From: Flavobacteriales bacterium
GTDB lineage: Bacteria > Bacteroidota > Bacteroidia > UBA4408
Direction: 5' to 3'
Length of the DNA stretch: 64,000 bases
Assembly: GCA_040383485.1 (NCBI GenBank)
Contig: JBEIDK010000002.1
Span: 7,766-71,765, forward strand
Shown: piece by piece, positions 1 through 12,300 of the stretch
How positions within the stretch are numbered: the first letter of the stretch is position 1
Layout: each line of letters starts with the position of its first letter
The notes under the pieces: generated by a model
The model's input: only the letters and a program-made list of their open reading frames with translations
Databases searched by the model: none
What the model was told of the DNA's origin: nothing
Position numbers and translations under genes: made by a program

Positions 1-32
1 TGTACTTTAGTAATGCTTGCTACGAATCAATT

Positions 33-1535
33 TTAAAACCGCGTATTTTCTTGGGTTGATTTACTAATGAATAACAATCCAATAAGGGTAATAATTCCAT
101 TTATAATAATAATTTCTACCGAAAATATATAACCAGAAAACCATTCTGATGCATTACTATTTATCCAAAAAGTAATTAACGGTGCAATTACACAAACTAT
201 AGGAACTAATTTATCATGAACAGTTTTCGATTTTATAAATAATCCAAAAGCATATAAACCTAGCAATGGTCCATAGGTATAACTCGCAACAGTAAATATC
301 ATTGAAACTACGGATTTATCGGTAAGCGAATTAAAAATTAAGATTACAATAAACATCAATAAAGAAAAGCCAATATGCACTAAATGTCGGTTTCTTACAA
401 TGTTGGGTTTATTTTGATTAGCAGCTTTGTCCATTCCTAAAAAATCAACACAAAATGATGTCGTTAAAGCAGTTAAAGCAGAATCGGTTGTAGCAAAAGT
501 AGCTGCAGTTAATCCTAATAAAAACACAATTGCTGGAATCAATGTTAAATGATTAAAAGCAATTTCTGGAAATAATAAATCGGTTCTTTCTTTTCCTGAA
601 ACTAAATCAAGCGGAACATCGATACCGTTTTTTGCAGCATAGATATATAAAAGTGCACCAACACTTAAAAAGAAAATATTGATTAACACAAAAATTCCGG
701 TAAACGTAAACATGTTTTTTTGTGCTTCGCCAATGGTTGGACAACTCAAATTCTTTTGCATTAAATCTTGATCAAGGCCTACCATTGCAATGGTTACAAA
801 AATTCCGCCAAGAAGTTGTTTCCAAAAATAATTGCCGCTTTGGTAATCATCAAAAAAGAATATTTTAGAATACTGACTTTCTTTTACGGTTTCAAAGGCT
901 TCAAAAAAGCTCAAATCAAGATGATTGCAAATAAATATAATCGTTAAAAATACCGAAGAAACTAAGAAAAATGTTTGAAGTGTATCAGTAATAATTATTG
1001 TTTTTAAACCGCCTTTATAAGTATAGGCAAAAATTAATGCTAACGAAATGAGAACAGTTAATGCAAACGGAATTCCGTAATAGTCAAAGACATAACGTTG
1101 TAAAACAATAACTACTAAATACAATCTAAACGCCGAACCAATCGTTCTGCTAATCAGAAAAATGGAAGCAGCGGTTTTATAACTTACAGTGCCTAGTCTT
1201 TGTTCAATGTAACCATAAATAGAAGTAAGGTTCATCCGATAATAAAGTGGCAATAATACTTTAGCAATAATTAGAAATCCAATAGCATTCCCTAGAACAA
1301 ATTGAAAATATTTGAATTGTAAATCTGGATTTCCTACTTCACCTGGTACCGAAATAAAGGTTACACCCGATAAAGCCGTACCAATCATTCCGAAGGCTAC
1401 TAAATACCATTTAGAATTTTTATTGGCCTTAAAAAACGCTTCATTTCCGCTATCTTTTCTACTTACAAAATAAGAAATGATAAATAGTAAACCAAAGTAA
1501 ACTACGATTAACGATAAAATTGCAAATGGACTCAT
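33..1535 (-). CDS. sodium:solute symporter family (SSF) transporter
   Basis: ORF 33..1562. Polytopic membrane protein with an SSF-like N-terminal region (GMIGTALSGVTFISVPGEVG). Start moved to the ATG at 1535 (MSPFAILSLIVVYFG...), which opens the first hydrophobic helix. Confidence 0.75.
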   Translation of the reverse strand: MSPFAILSLIVVYFGLLFIISYFVSRKDSGNEAFFKANKNSKWYLVAFGMIGTALSGVTFISVPGEVGNPDLQFKYFQFVLGNAIGFLIIAKVLLPLYYRMNLTSIYGYIEQRLGTVSYKTAASIFLISRTIGSAFRLYLVVIVLQRYVFDYYGIPFALTVLISLALIFAYTYKGGLKTIIITDTLQTFFLVSSVFLTIIFICNHLDLSFFEAFETVKESQYSKIFFFDDYQSGNYFWKQLLGGIFVTIAMVGLDQDLMQKNLSCPTIGEAQKNMFTFTGIFVLINIFFLSVGALLYIYAAKNGIDVPLDLVSGKERTDLLFPEIAFNHLTLIPAIVFLLGLTAATFATTDSALTALTTSFCVDFLGMDKAANQNKPNIVRNRHLVHIGFSLLMFIVILIFNSLTDKSVVSMIFTVASYTYGPLLGLYAFGLFIKSKTVHDKLVPIVCVIAPLITFWINSNASEWFSGYIFSVEIIIINGIITLIGLLFISKSTQENTRF

Positions 1536-1613
1536 TTTTCTATTTAATTTTAATAGTGGCAATTTACATAAATAATCTTCACTTTTTCAAATAAACTAAC
1601 GAGTAAAATTTGT

Positions 1614-1621
1614 TACTTTTG
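1614..1621 (+). promoter_or_regulatory. candidate Bacteroidota -7 promoter box TACTTTTG upstream of recR
   Basis: Matches the TAnnTTTG consensus. It lies only 4 nt before the recR ATG (1626), implying a very short or absent leader. Confidence 0.4.
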
Positions 1622-1625
1622 TGAA

Positions 1626-2243
1626 ATGGAATTGCCTTCAAAATTAGTAGAAAACGCCGTCAACGAAATGGCACAATTACCAGGAATTGGTAAACGAACT
1701 GCTTTGCGATTGGTGTTGCATTTATTAAAACAACCACTTGAACAAACAGAAGAATTAACACAAGCTTTGGCAACGATGCGAAAAGATATTCAGTTTTGTG
1801 CTACATGCCATACCATTTCAGATGCTGAAGTTTGTTCTATTTGTTCCAATTCGTCACGAGATAAATCAATTATTTGTGTGGTTGAAGATGTGCGAGATGT
1901 TATGGCTTTGGAAAATACTAATATGTTTAAAGGAGTTTATCATGTATTGGGAGGTAAAATTTCGCCAATTGAAGGTATTGGTCCTTCCCAACTTAAAATA
2001 ACTTCATTAGTTGAAAAAGTAAAAGGGGGAGGAGTGTCCGAAATTATTTTTGCATTAAGTTCTACTATGGAAGGCGACACGACCAACTTTTATATTTACA
2101 AACAAATCAAAGAATATTCGGTTAAAACATCAACTATTGCAAGAGGAATTGCTGTGGGTGACGAATTAGAATATGCCGATGAAGTAACGTTAGGACGTAG
2201 TTTACTCAATCGAATTCCTTTTGAAACGGCTATAAAACAATAA
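1626..2243 (+). CDS. recR: recombination protein RecR
   Basis: 205 aa. N-terminal HhH ([12 protein letters not shown]), C4 zinc finger ([17 protein letters not shown]) and a Toprim-like C-terminal half. Length is typical of RecR. Confidence 0.95.
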   Translation: MELPSKLVENAVNEMAQLPGIGKRTALRLVLHLLKQPLEQTEELTQALATMRKDIQFCATCHTISDAEVCSICSNSSRDKSIICVVEDVRDVMALENTNMFKGVYHVLGGKISPIEGIGPSQLKITSLVEKVKGGGVSEIIFALSSTMEGDTTNFYIYKQIKEYSVKTSTIARGIAVGDELEYADEVTLGRSLLNRIPFETAIKQ

Positions 2244-2266
2244 AGAGTTATAATTCAATAACTCTT
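2243..2266. terminator. hairpin between convergent recR and the porP/sprF-like gene
   Basis: AAGAGTTAT (2243-2251) pairs perfectly with ATAACTCTT (2258-2266) around a 6-nt loop. The T-tract is weak. Confidence 0.4.
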
Positions 2267-2306
2267 TATAATAGTGCAAAGTTTGATTTTGAAATAGATT
2301 GTTATT

Positions 2307-3335
2307 TTAATTCATATCATAAAATCTACTATTATCGCCTCTTCTATTTTTCTTAAATGGATTAAAATCAAATGTAATATATAATTCAAATGTATTATAA
2401 GTTGCTCCAGCAATTTTACTACCTCCCATTTCAACAGAATAATTAGCTCCAACTTCAATTTCTTCAATAAATATTGATAGTGATGCACCAAATTGAGCAA
2501 CAGAAAAACCATCGAAATTATTAAAGTGCTGATTTAGTCCAAATCCAATATTTCCTAAGATAGCTTCTTGATATAAGTCAATTCTAGATTTAGAACCTTG
2601 TTTGGAGAAAGTATTGTAGAAATACAAATAGGAATAATAAGGTAAAAAACCTTGATTATATTTATTGATATCAAATTGAATTCCAGTTTGTAAAGAAATA
2701 AATAAATCTTTAAAATTTGAAGCCTCACTATTAAATGATGTTTCGGGTCTATTAATATGTCTAACATTTGCTCCAAGTAAAATATCAGAATTATCAGCAA
2801 AAAAATCACTTGTATTATAAAAACTAACCCCAGCACCTACATCAAAATAATTTACATTATTGTTGATATTTATAGGATCATTTGAAATTCCTACTATTGA
2901 TCCCGTGAAAGCATTAATTTGGTCTTCAAAAACTAAAGAATTAAAATCTAGATTTGTACTTCCAAAGCCAACAGATACTGATGGATTAAAAATCCATTCT
3001 TCATTAAGTTGGGTTTTATAAATGTAATGTAGATTCGCAGAATTTGATGTATAACCTAACGAACTAATTTGCATTGAATTGACATCAACTGCTAGTGAAA
3101 AATCATGGTTGTCAAAATAATGATTGGCAAAAGCAAATCTATTATCCATTTTACTATTTTGATTAAAACCTTCTGAACTATAAATTATACCTGCTTTTGA
3201 AGAATCTCCAAACCCATAGAAACTAGGATTTGTTGATCCTGGTATCATATTTTGATTTTTATATATATAATCTTGACTAAATGCTATAGTCGAAAATAAT
3301 AGTATTAAAAGTAAAAAGCTGTTGTTCTTTTTCAT
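2307..3335 (-). CDS. PorP/SprF-family type IX secretion system outer-membrane protein (partner of the upstream type-B CTD adhesin)
   Basis: 342 aa with a signal peptide (MKKNNSFLLLILLFSTIAFSQ). The body is beta-barrel-like with alternating aromatic/polar residues and ends in an aromatic-rich strand. It lies 6 nt downstream of a type-B-CTD gene, the usual sprB-sprF arrangement. Sequence is divergent, so the call is partly positional. Confidence 0.65.
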   Translation of the reverse strand: MKKNNSFLLLILLFSTIAFSQDYIYKNQNMIPGSTNPSFYGFGDSSKAGIIYSSEGFNQNSKMDNRFAFANHYFDNHDFSLAVDVNSMQISSLGYTSNSANLHYIYKTQLNEEWIFNPSVSVGFGSTNLDFNSLVFEDQINAFTGSIVGISNDPININNNVNYFDVGAGVSFYNTSDFFADNSDILLGANVRHINRPETSFNSEASNFKDLFISLQTGIQFDINKYNQGFLPYYSYLYFYNTFSKQGSKSRIDLYQEAILGNIGFGLNQHFNNFDGFSVAQFGASLSIFIEEIEVGANYSVEMGGSKIAGATYNTFELYITFDFNPFKKNRRGDNSRFYDMN

Positions 3336-3341
3336 ATTTAA

Positions 3342-6300
3342 TTATTTTACAAGTAGGAATCTACCTTCTTTCTCAATTTTAACATCATTAATAGCAGTGG
3401 CTATAATGTAATATCTATAATTATTATTCATTGGTTCGCTTTGACCTTTTTCAATTCCATTCCAACCCCAATCTGGTCCTAGTAATGCAACTTCAGATTC
3501 GATTTCATAGACTAAGTTACCCCAATTATCATAAATTTGCATTGCGACATCCTTAATACCAAGTAATGAAGGTCTGAAATAATCATTTATACCATCATTA
3601 TTTGGAGTAAATATAGTTGGCAGCATCATTGTTGCTCCACTTCCAATAACTATTGTTTTACTTATCTTTCTTGAACAACCAAATCTATTATAAACAGTTA
3701 AAGTGATTTCATAAATTCCGTTAGTTGTATAGGTATGGAATACGGTTTCAAAATTTTCGCCATTTGAATCTGGTAATAAATCCTCAGGGTTATAAAACAC
3801 TTTGAATGGTGTGTTATCTCCAAAATCCCATACAATATAATCATATTCGGCTGGAATAGCACTCATATCTACTAAGTGAGTTAATTGTATACTTTCATTC
3901 ACAGAATAATAGCCATAATTTTCAAAATCATTTGATGTAAATTCAAAATCTGGTGTAATAATTGCAGTAGACACTCGAATTTCTCGCCAACAATTTTGAC
4001 TATTTCTAACTTTTACAATTCCAAATGGTGTAGTTGGGTTGTTAATTGATAATTCATACATATTATTACCTAAATCAACAAAAGGCACTAAAACATCATT
4101 ATAATAGAATGTTAAGTTTGGATCGAGACTATTTACATTAATTCTAATTTTACCAGGATTATCTTCACATAAATCATCATCCATAGTGATATTTTCAATC
4201 GATAATGCGCTATAATCATAAATGGTAAATAAGTAAGGTATCGTCGAACAACCATTACTGTCTTCAACTGTTAAGTAATATACCCCAGCTCTTAAATTAC
4301 AAATATTAAAATAGTTATTGTTAGCTGGTGGAGGTAATGTTACTAAAGTTTGTAATGATGGATCTAAATACTGTAAAGTAAAATCGGTGTAAATGCCACT
4401 ACCACCAGTAATATTGAAGTTGGCGCATCCTAATACCCCATTACAACTTACATTAGTCGAAGATTGTAACGAAATAATTATTGGCTGAGCTGGTAAAACC
4501 GTGTAACTTACTGTTGGTATTGGGCATCCTATTGCATCGGTTCCAGTTAGCGTGTAAGTTCCTGCCACTAGTCCAGTAATTGTAGTTTGATTTTGTTGGA
4601 AACCATTTGGTCCTGTCCAACGAATAGCATACAGCCCATTAACTGATACTCCACCCACAATGGTTACCGAAATAGCACCATCATTCACATTACTACAAGA
4701 AACATTTGTTATAACTTCATTTGTAATTGAGATAGGAGTTGAAACTCTTATTACACCTGCTTTAACAATTGAACAAGGTTCAGATGTTACTGTATAATTA
4801 TATACTCCAGAAACTAACGGCGTACCAGAAATAATTAATTGTCCTGTAGTTGCAGAAAATACTGCCGTTACTCCGGGAGGTAATCCACTAGACACAATAT
4901 TTGTTGCCCCAATTACATTATAGGTAATAGGTTGAATAGGAGTGTTAAAACTTGGTTGGCATAGCGTTTGATTATCAGTGCCAGCTGCTGATGTTAATAC
5001 TATTCCTACTGCTGTATTTACATTAGAAATAGTAACAAAAATTGTTTTAGGACAACCAGTTGTAGTGATAGGGAAATTAAATACTCCATTTACTAATGGA
5101 TTACCTTGAATAGTGTACACACCAGTTCCAGCATTAAAATTCAACGTTAATCCGTTTGGAAGCGTAGGGGTAATAATTCCCGTCGCTCCACCGCCTATTG
5201 TAAAGCTAATTGGAATAATTGCTGAACTTTGGCAAACCGATTGATTTATACTTCCTGAACCAGTAGTTAGTGTAATTGAGGCTTCAGGTCTAATATCAAA
5301 AGTAATGCTGTAAATTGCTGATGGACCACAAGTGCCTTGAGTAGTTATGGTGTAATTTTGTGCTAAACTTGTAGGACTTGTTGGTGTACCCGAAACGGTT
5401 AAAATACCATTTACAATGTTATAAGTAATTCCTGCTGGTAAAGTTGGGGTAACAGTAATTGTATTCACTCCACCAGATACTAAGAAATTTATAGGATCAA
5501 TAGGTGTATTTTGACATGCTACTTGATTGGTATTTCCAGATAGATATGCTATCGACTGTAAAGGATTCACAGTAATTATTCCTGTAAGTGTATTTCCACA
5601 TGCTGTTGTAGATGATATACTATATGGGAACGTACCACTTTGTGTTGGCGTACCAGAAATAATTCCTGTTGTTGGATTAAATGTAACACCATTTGGTAAA
5701 CCTGTTACTACCATTGTTGCACTAGCCGGAGAAATACTATATTGAATAGGTAATGCAAATGAACTTCCTAAACAAACTGTTGTATTTGGATTTCCAGAAA
5801 CCAAAGTAATTGTAGCGCTTGGATTAATAGCTATATTTCCTGAAGCACTAGATTGACCACAAATTCCAAATGATTCTACTGTATAGGTGAATGAACCAAT
5901 AGTATTAGAAGCTCCAGAAATTGTGATTACATTATTAACTATTGACCATGTAATTCCAGGTGGTTGAGAAGGACTAAATCTAACAATACCTCCAGTTGCA
6001 CCACCACCTAGGTTATAAATGATAGGTTGAATATTCACATTATTACAAACCGATTGATTTATAGTCGCTGGCACCAATGCTATGATACTATCATTTGAAT
6101 TCACAGTAATTGTTCCGCTAAACGTTGAATTACAACCGTTTGTTGAACCTGATGTATTCACTATATAGTTATAAACTCCTGTAACTAATGGTGTTCCAGA
6201 AATTGTAAAGGTGCCTGAAACATAACTTCCACTTAATCCAGCTGGTAAATTTGTAACAAATGCATTAGTTGAAGCCCCTCCAATGGTAAATACAATTGGT

Positions 6301-9300
6301 GTTATTGGAGTGTTTTGGCAAACAGTTTGTGATACCAAAGCTTGGTTAGTTGGTACTATTGTACCTACTTGTTGAACTGTTATAAAGGCTGTATTAGGTA
6401 GCGAAATATTTGTAGTGTTACACAATGCAGCACTTGAATCTTGAACAGATAAAAGAGTAATGGTATGATTGCCAGAAACAGTTGTTGGAAATGAAATAGT
6501 TGAACTGTTACTTGTACCTAAAGTAGTTATTGTTTGTATTGGCCCAGCACTACTATTACTCATTACTTGATAAGTAAAGGTATAAGGTGCTGTTCCATTT
6601 GAAGCTGTAAATGTTATTTGTGGTTGCGCTCCATTTTGACAAACAATAAAACTATTTTGACCCGTAATTGTTGCAGTAGGTGATGCGTTAATATTCACCA
6701 CAACTGGACTTATTGTTGAACATCCAAAAGAGTTAGTTCCTTTAATATAATACGTACCAGAAATAGAAACTGTACTTGGATTTACTAATGCAATTGTTGC
6801 CGCACTATTATTCCAATATGTATAACTTAAACCAGGTGTAGAACCAGCAGTTGTTGCAGTAATATCAACGGTTGCTGGAAGACAAGCTGGTGCTGGATTG
6901 GTTATGGTTACTATTGGTACTGTATTCACAGTAATCGTTCCAGTAGCAAATACAGTATTACAGCCACCTGTTAAAGGAATACTGTAATTAAATATACCTG
7001 CAGCTGTTGGAGTACCACTTATCGTAATTATATTTCCTGCCCATGCCGCTGTTACTCCTGAAGGTAAGCCAGAAACTGCACCTATTCCAGTAGCACCTGT
7101 TGTGTTATGTGTAATTGGCGTTAAAGGCGAATTGATACATACTGTTTGATTACTTGCAGTTGAAGTTACAGTATTGTTAGGATTCACAATAATGCTTCCT
7201 GTTGCATTTACTGTACCACAACCTCCTGTTAAAGGAATACTATAATTAAATGTACCTGATGCCGTTGGAGCACCACTTATCGTTATTGTATTTGAAGCCC
7301 AAGAAGAAGTAATACCAGTAGGTAAACCTGTTGCTGTACCAATTCCAGTTGCACCTGTTGTGTTATGGGTAATTGGTGTTAAAGGCGTATTGATACACAA
7401 TGTAGGTGTAGAAAGGGCAGGAGTTACTGTATGACTTGGAATTACAGTAATTGTTCCTGTAGCAGCACTTCCACATCCTCCAGTTAAAGGGATGTTGTAA
7501 TTAAAAGTACCTGACTCTGTTGGAACACCGCTAATAGTAATGGTATTGGCTAACCAAGAAGCAGTAACACCTAAAGGTAAACCTGTTGCTGTACCAATAC
7601 CGGTTGCGCCAGTAGTGGTATGTGTAATTGCTGTTAAAGGCGAATTAATACATAATGTTTGCGGTCCAGATGAAGGAGTTACTGTATTACTAGGATTAAC
7701 AACAATACTTCCAGTAGCAAATAAAGTATTACAACCTCCGGTTAAAGGAATGGTATAATTAAATATTCCAGATACTGTTGGAGCACCACTAATTGTAATG
7801 GTATTGCTTAACCAAGAAGCAGTTACACCAGTAGGTAATCCTGTTGCTGTTCCTATACCTGTTGCGCCAGTAGTTGTATGTGTAATTGGCGTTAAAATTG
7901 TATTAACACATAATATTTCCGAACTAGAAGCCGATGAAACCGTATTGTTTGGATTCACAATAATAGTACCCGTAGCATTAATAGTACTACATCCTCCTAA
8001 TAATGGGATGCTATAATTAAATGTTCCTATTGCAGTAGGCGCACCAGTTATGGTAATAGTATTAGCTGACCAAGAAGCTGTTACGCCAGTAGGTAAACCT
8101 GTAGCTAATCCAATACCAGTAGCACCTGTTGTAGTATAAGTAATAGGCGTTAAAGCAGTATTAATACATAAAGTTTGTGGTAAAGGAATTATAGTTACCG
8201 TATTGTTTGGATTTACAGTAATCGTTCCAGTAGCAAAAACTGAATTACAACCCCCAGTTAGTGGTATGCTATAATTGAATACACCTGCAGCTGTTGGAGT
8301 ACCACTTATCGTGATTATATTTCCAGCCCAAGTTGCTGTTAGCCCTGAAGGTAAGCCCGAAACTGCACCAATTCCAGTAGCACCAGTTGTGTTATGAGTA
8401 ATAGGCGTTAAAGGTGAATTGATACATACTGTTTGATTACTTGCAGTTGAAGTAACCGTATTGTCAGGATTTACAATAATGCTTCCTGTTGCATTTACTG
8501 TACCACAACCACCAGTTAATGGTATGGTATAATTAAACGTTCCAGAAACGGTAGGAGCGCCGCTTATGGTAATGGTATTTGAAGCCCAAGAAGCAGTTAC
8601 ACCAGTAGGTAAACCTATTGCAGTTCCAATACCCGTTGCGCCAGTTGTAGTATGAATAATAGGTGTTAAAGGCGTATTGATACACAATGTAGGTGTAGAA
8701 AGGGCAGGAGTTACTGTATTACTTGGAATCACAGTAATTGTTCCTGTAGCAGCACCTCCACATCCTCCAGTTAAAGGGATGTTGTAATTAAAAGTACCTG
8801 ACTCTGTTGGAACACCGCTAATAGCAATGGTATTGGCTAACCAAGAAGCAGTAACACCTAAAGGTAAACCAGTTGCTGTTCCAATACCAGTTGCGCCAGT
8901 AGTGGTATGTGTAATTGCTGTTAAAGGCGAATTAATACATAATGTTTGCGGTCCAGATGAAGGAGTTACAGTATTGCTAGGATTAACAATAATGGTTCCT
9001 GTAGCAAACAATGTATTACAACCTCCAATTAACGGAATAGAATAATTAAATGTACCTGAAACTGTTGGTGTACCATTGATGGTAATGGTATTAGCTAACC
9101 AAGAAGCAGTTACGCCAGTAGGTAAACCTGTTGCTATTCCAATACCTGTTGCTCCTGTTGTAGTATGCGTAATTTGAGTTAATGCCGAATTTATACATAG
9201 TATTGGTGTACTAGAAGCCGATGAAACCGTATTGTTTGGATTCACAACTACCTGAACTGTTATTTGTGTTGCATTCGAACATCCATTTATAGTTGCAGGA

Positions 9301-12300
9301 AGCGTAAGTAAATAGGTAACAGTTATTGGTGAATTAGTAGTATTTGTTAGAACTTCATTAATACTTCCTGTTCCATTATTAGCTGCTTCAAGAATTCCTG
9401 AAATAGCATTTCTTTGCCATAATATTGCACCAGTAGTAGATGAAGAAGGTATATAATTAAATGTACTTCCTGTACAAATAGCATTTGGAGTTGGATTTGA
9501 TGTTAGACTAGGAGCAGGATGTAAAGTAAAACTAATAAATTGAGAATTAGTACAGCCTTGTGGCGTTGTAATTGTAATTTGATATGAAACAATTAGATCA
9601 CTGTTTGTAGAATTAATTAATGTTTCAGAAATACTTCCAGTTCCAGAAGCAGCCACATTTGAAATTCCAGGTTGAACTGCACGAGTCCAAGAGAAAGTAC
9701 TTCCAATAGTTGCAGTTGTAGGGATGTAATTAAATACGGTTCCACTACATAGTGCAGCTGGATTTAATGTACTTGAAAGTACCGGTTTTGGGTTAATGGT
9801 TATTGGGAATGCAGAAGATGATGAACCAAGTCCGCAAGAATTACTTCCTGCAACACTTAAATTTCCTGATGTTTCATTTACTCCAATAGCTATTGTAATA
9901 GTATTTGTTGATGTAATTACTGTGCTTCCATTTGGCAACGTCCAAACATATGTTGTTGCATTTGGAATAGGTGAAGCGGTATAAATTAAATTAGTTGCCC
10001 CAGCACATACTGTTTGAGGTCCAGTTATTGAAACTCCAGTTGGCAGGGTATTTACCGTTATTGGAGTGTTAGCAATGGTGCTTCCACAACCATTATTTCC
10101 TGTTACCGAAACATTTCCAGAGTTAGCACCAAAAAGTACACTGATTGCATTTGTTCCCTGTCCAGATAGAATTGTTGCACCTGTTGGAACACTCCAAGTA
10201 TAGGTTTGTATTGATGTATTTACAGGAATAGTATAGGTAGCTGTAGTACCTTGACAAACAGTTGCTGGTGCGTTTGAGGTTATTGTACCTAAACTTGGTA
10301 CAGCACAGTTTATGGTAAGATTTATGTTATCTGAAACCGAACTTGTGCTACATGCACCAATACCATTAGCAGTTAAAGTTAATGTTTCTGTATTACAAAC
10401 TGTACTAAAAGATTGGTATGTTACAGGTGTTCCAGTATTAAATACTCCAACACCTGATGATGTCCAACTTTGGCTACTAGCATTAGTTACCGTTGTACCC
10501 GTTATTGCAAAAGGTACTATTGGTTGTCCTGGCACATAACATACTGCACCATTGGAACCTGCTTCAACACTAGGTAGCGGTTGAATTGTAATTATTAAAT
10601 CATCGTAAACCGCTGTAGCTTGTGCACATCCTGGGATTGGAGCAACATATAATCTAACAACCGTAGTTTGAACGGTATTTAAGCCTGATATTCCAGATAT
10701 AAATGTAGGATTTAATGGATTTAATGGATTAGGTGAAATACTTCCAGGGCCGCTATAAATACTCCAGTTTAATGATTGGTAATTAGTTGCATTACCATTT
10801 AGACTGATTTGAGTCGTGTTCATACACATTTGAACATCTGTAGTAGATACCGTTGGTTTTTTAACTATTGTCAATTTCATTTGACTAGTTGCTGTCGGAC
10901 AATTTGTTCCTCCAGTTGCAGTAATCGTTAAGTATACATGACCTAAATTAATATCATCTAAACTTGGCGTATATACTGGATTTAATATCGAATTACTACT
11001 GAAAGAACCAGAAATATAGGTAGGAATTGAAGTTCCATTGCTATTTTGAGAACTCGTCCAAGTGTATCCCACAGCATTGGTATGAGAAGCTTCTGCTAAT
11101 GTAAAGGTGCTACCTTCACAAATAGTAGCATTTGAACCTGCTGCAACTGTGATTTGAGGCGTTATTGTAACTTTAATTACATCGGTAACTAAAGAATTAC
11201 ATGATGTATTTGCCGCTCTTACCGTTAAATAAACATACCCTAAATTAATGTCATCTTGACTCGGTGTATAGGTAGGGTTGATAATATTTATATTTGAGAA
11301 TGACCCTCCTGTATATCCTGGGCTTGAAGTGCCATTACTATTTTCAGAACTCAACCAAACAATAGAGTTGCTATTTGTTGTTGTTGCTGTATTTAAAGCT
11401 AAAGGTGTGTTTTGACATATGGTTACATCAGGTCCTGCGTTTACAGTAGGTTGAGGAGCAATTGTAACGGTTACAATTTGAGAAACCAAACCAGTACAAG
11501 GTGCTAAATTCGTTGCTTGTAGCGTAAAAGTAACTACACCAGTTTCATTTAATCCAGGAGTGTATTCTGGATTAAGTGTATTTAATGTTGAGGGAACAAT
11601 TGAACCCGTTCCATTTTCGGTCCACAAAAAAGTTGAATAATCTTCAACAGATGCAATATTGTTGATTCTAATAACTTGACCTTGACAGGCCGTAATGTTT
11701 GTACCTACATTAGGTACAAGATTAATTTTAGCCTTTGGTTGTAAATTTACTCTTATAGTTGTGGTTGCCGGTAAGCTACATCCTGATATAGGAGTTGCTG
11801 TTAATTGTAATAATACAAAACCATTAGCAATTTCATTTACTGATGGAGTAAAAGTTGGTGTTTCTGAAGTAGCATTTGTCAAAGTTCCTGGTGTGCCAGA
11901 GACTCCGGTAATATTGGTCCATAATAAATTATTACTATTAGAAACAGTAACCAAATCAGGCATGGTAAAAGTTTCACCACACATTGAAATTAGATTCGAT
12001 GTCGTAGTAATTGCCGGATTTTGATTTATAGTGATGGTCATCGAATCTGTTACAGCAACCTGTGGGCAATTTGCATTAGGTAATGCCGACATAGTTAAGG
12101 TAACACTGGAGGTGTCATTTGAACCAAATATGTATACAGGGTTAATTCCTCCATTAGAACCGGTGTAATCAAAAGTTCCATTTCCAGATGAAGTCCAAGA
12201 AATAGTATATCCAGAATTGTAGTTTGATACACTTGCACCATTTAATAATACAGAAGTGTTGTTTTCACAGGCAACTAAATCAATTCCAGCTGAAATTTTT

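Noticed and set aside
1798-2836. Small overlapping ORFs 1798..2001 (+), 2312..2512 (-) and 2555..2836 (-), and similar ones at 25928, 27169, 28626, 29637, 31030, 31112, 32135, 33405, 34531, 36406, 37166, 40805, 41919, 44842, 46670, 47415, 55385 and 56150.
   Set aside because: Each is fully embedded, out of frame or antisense, in a longer ORF with clear family motifs. Their translations are low-complexity and lack motifs.
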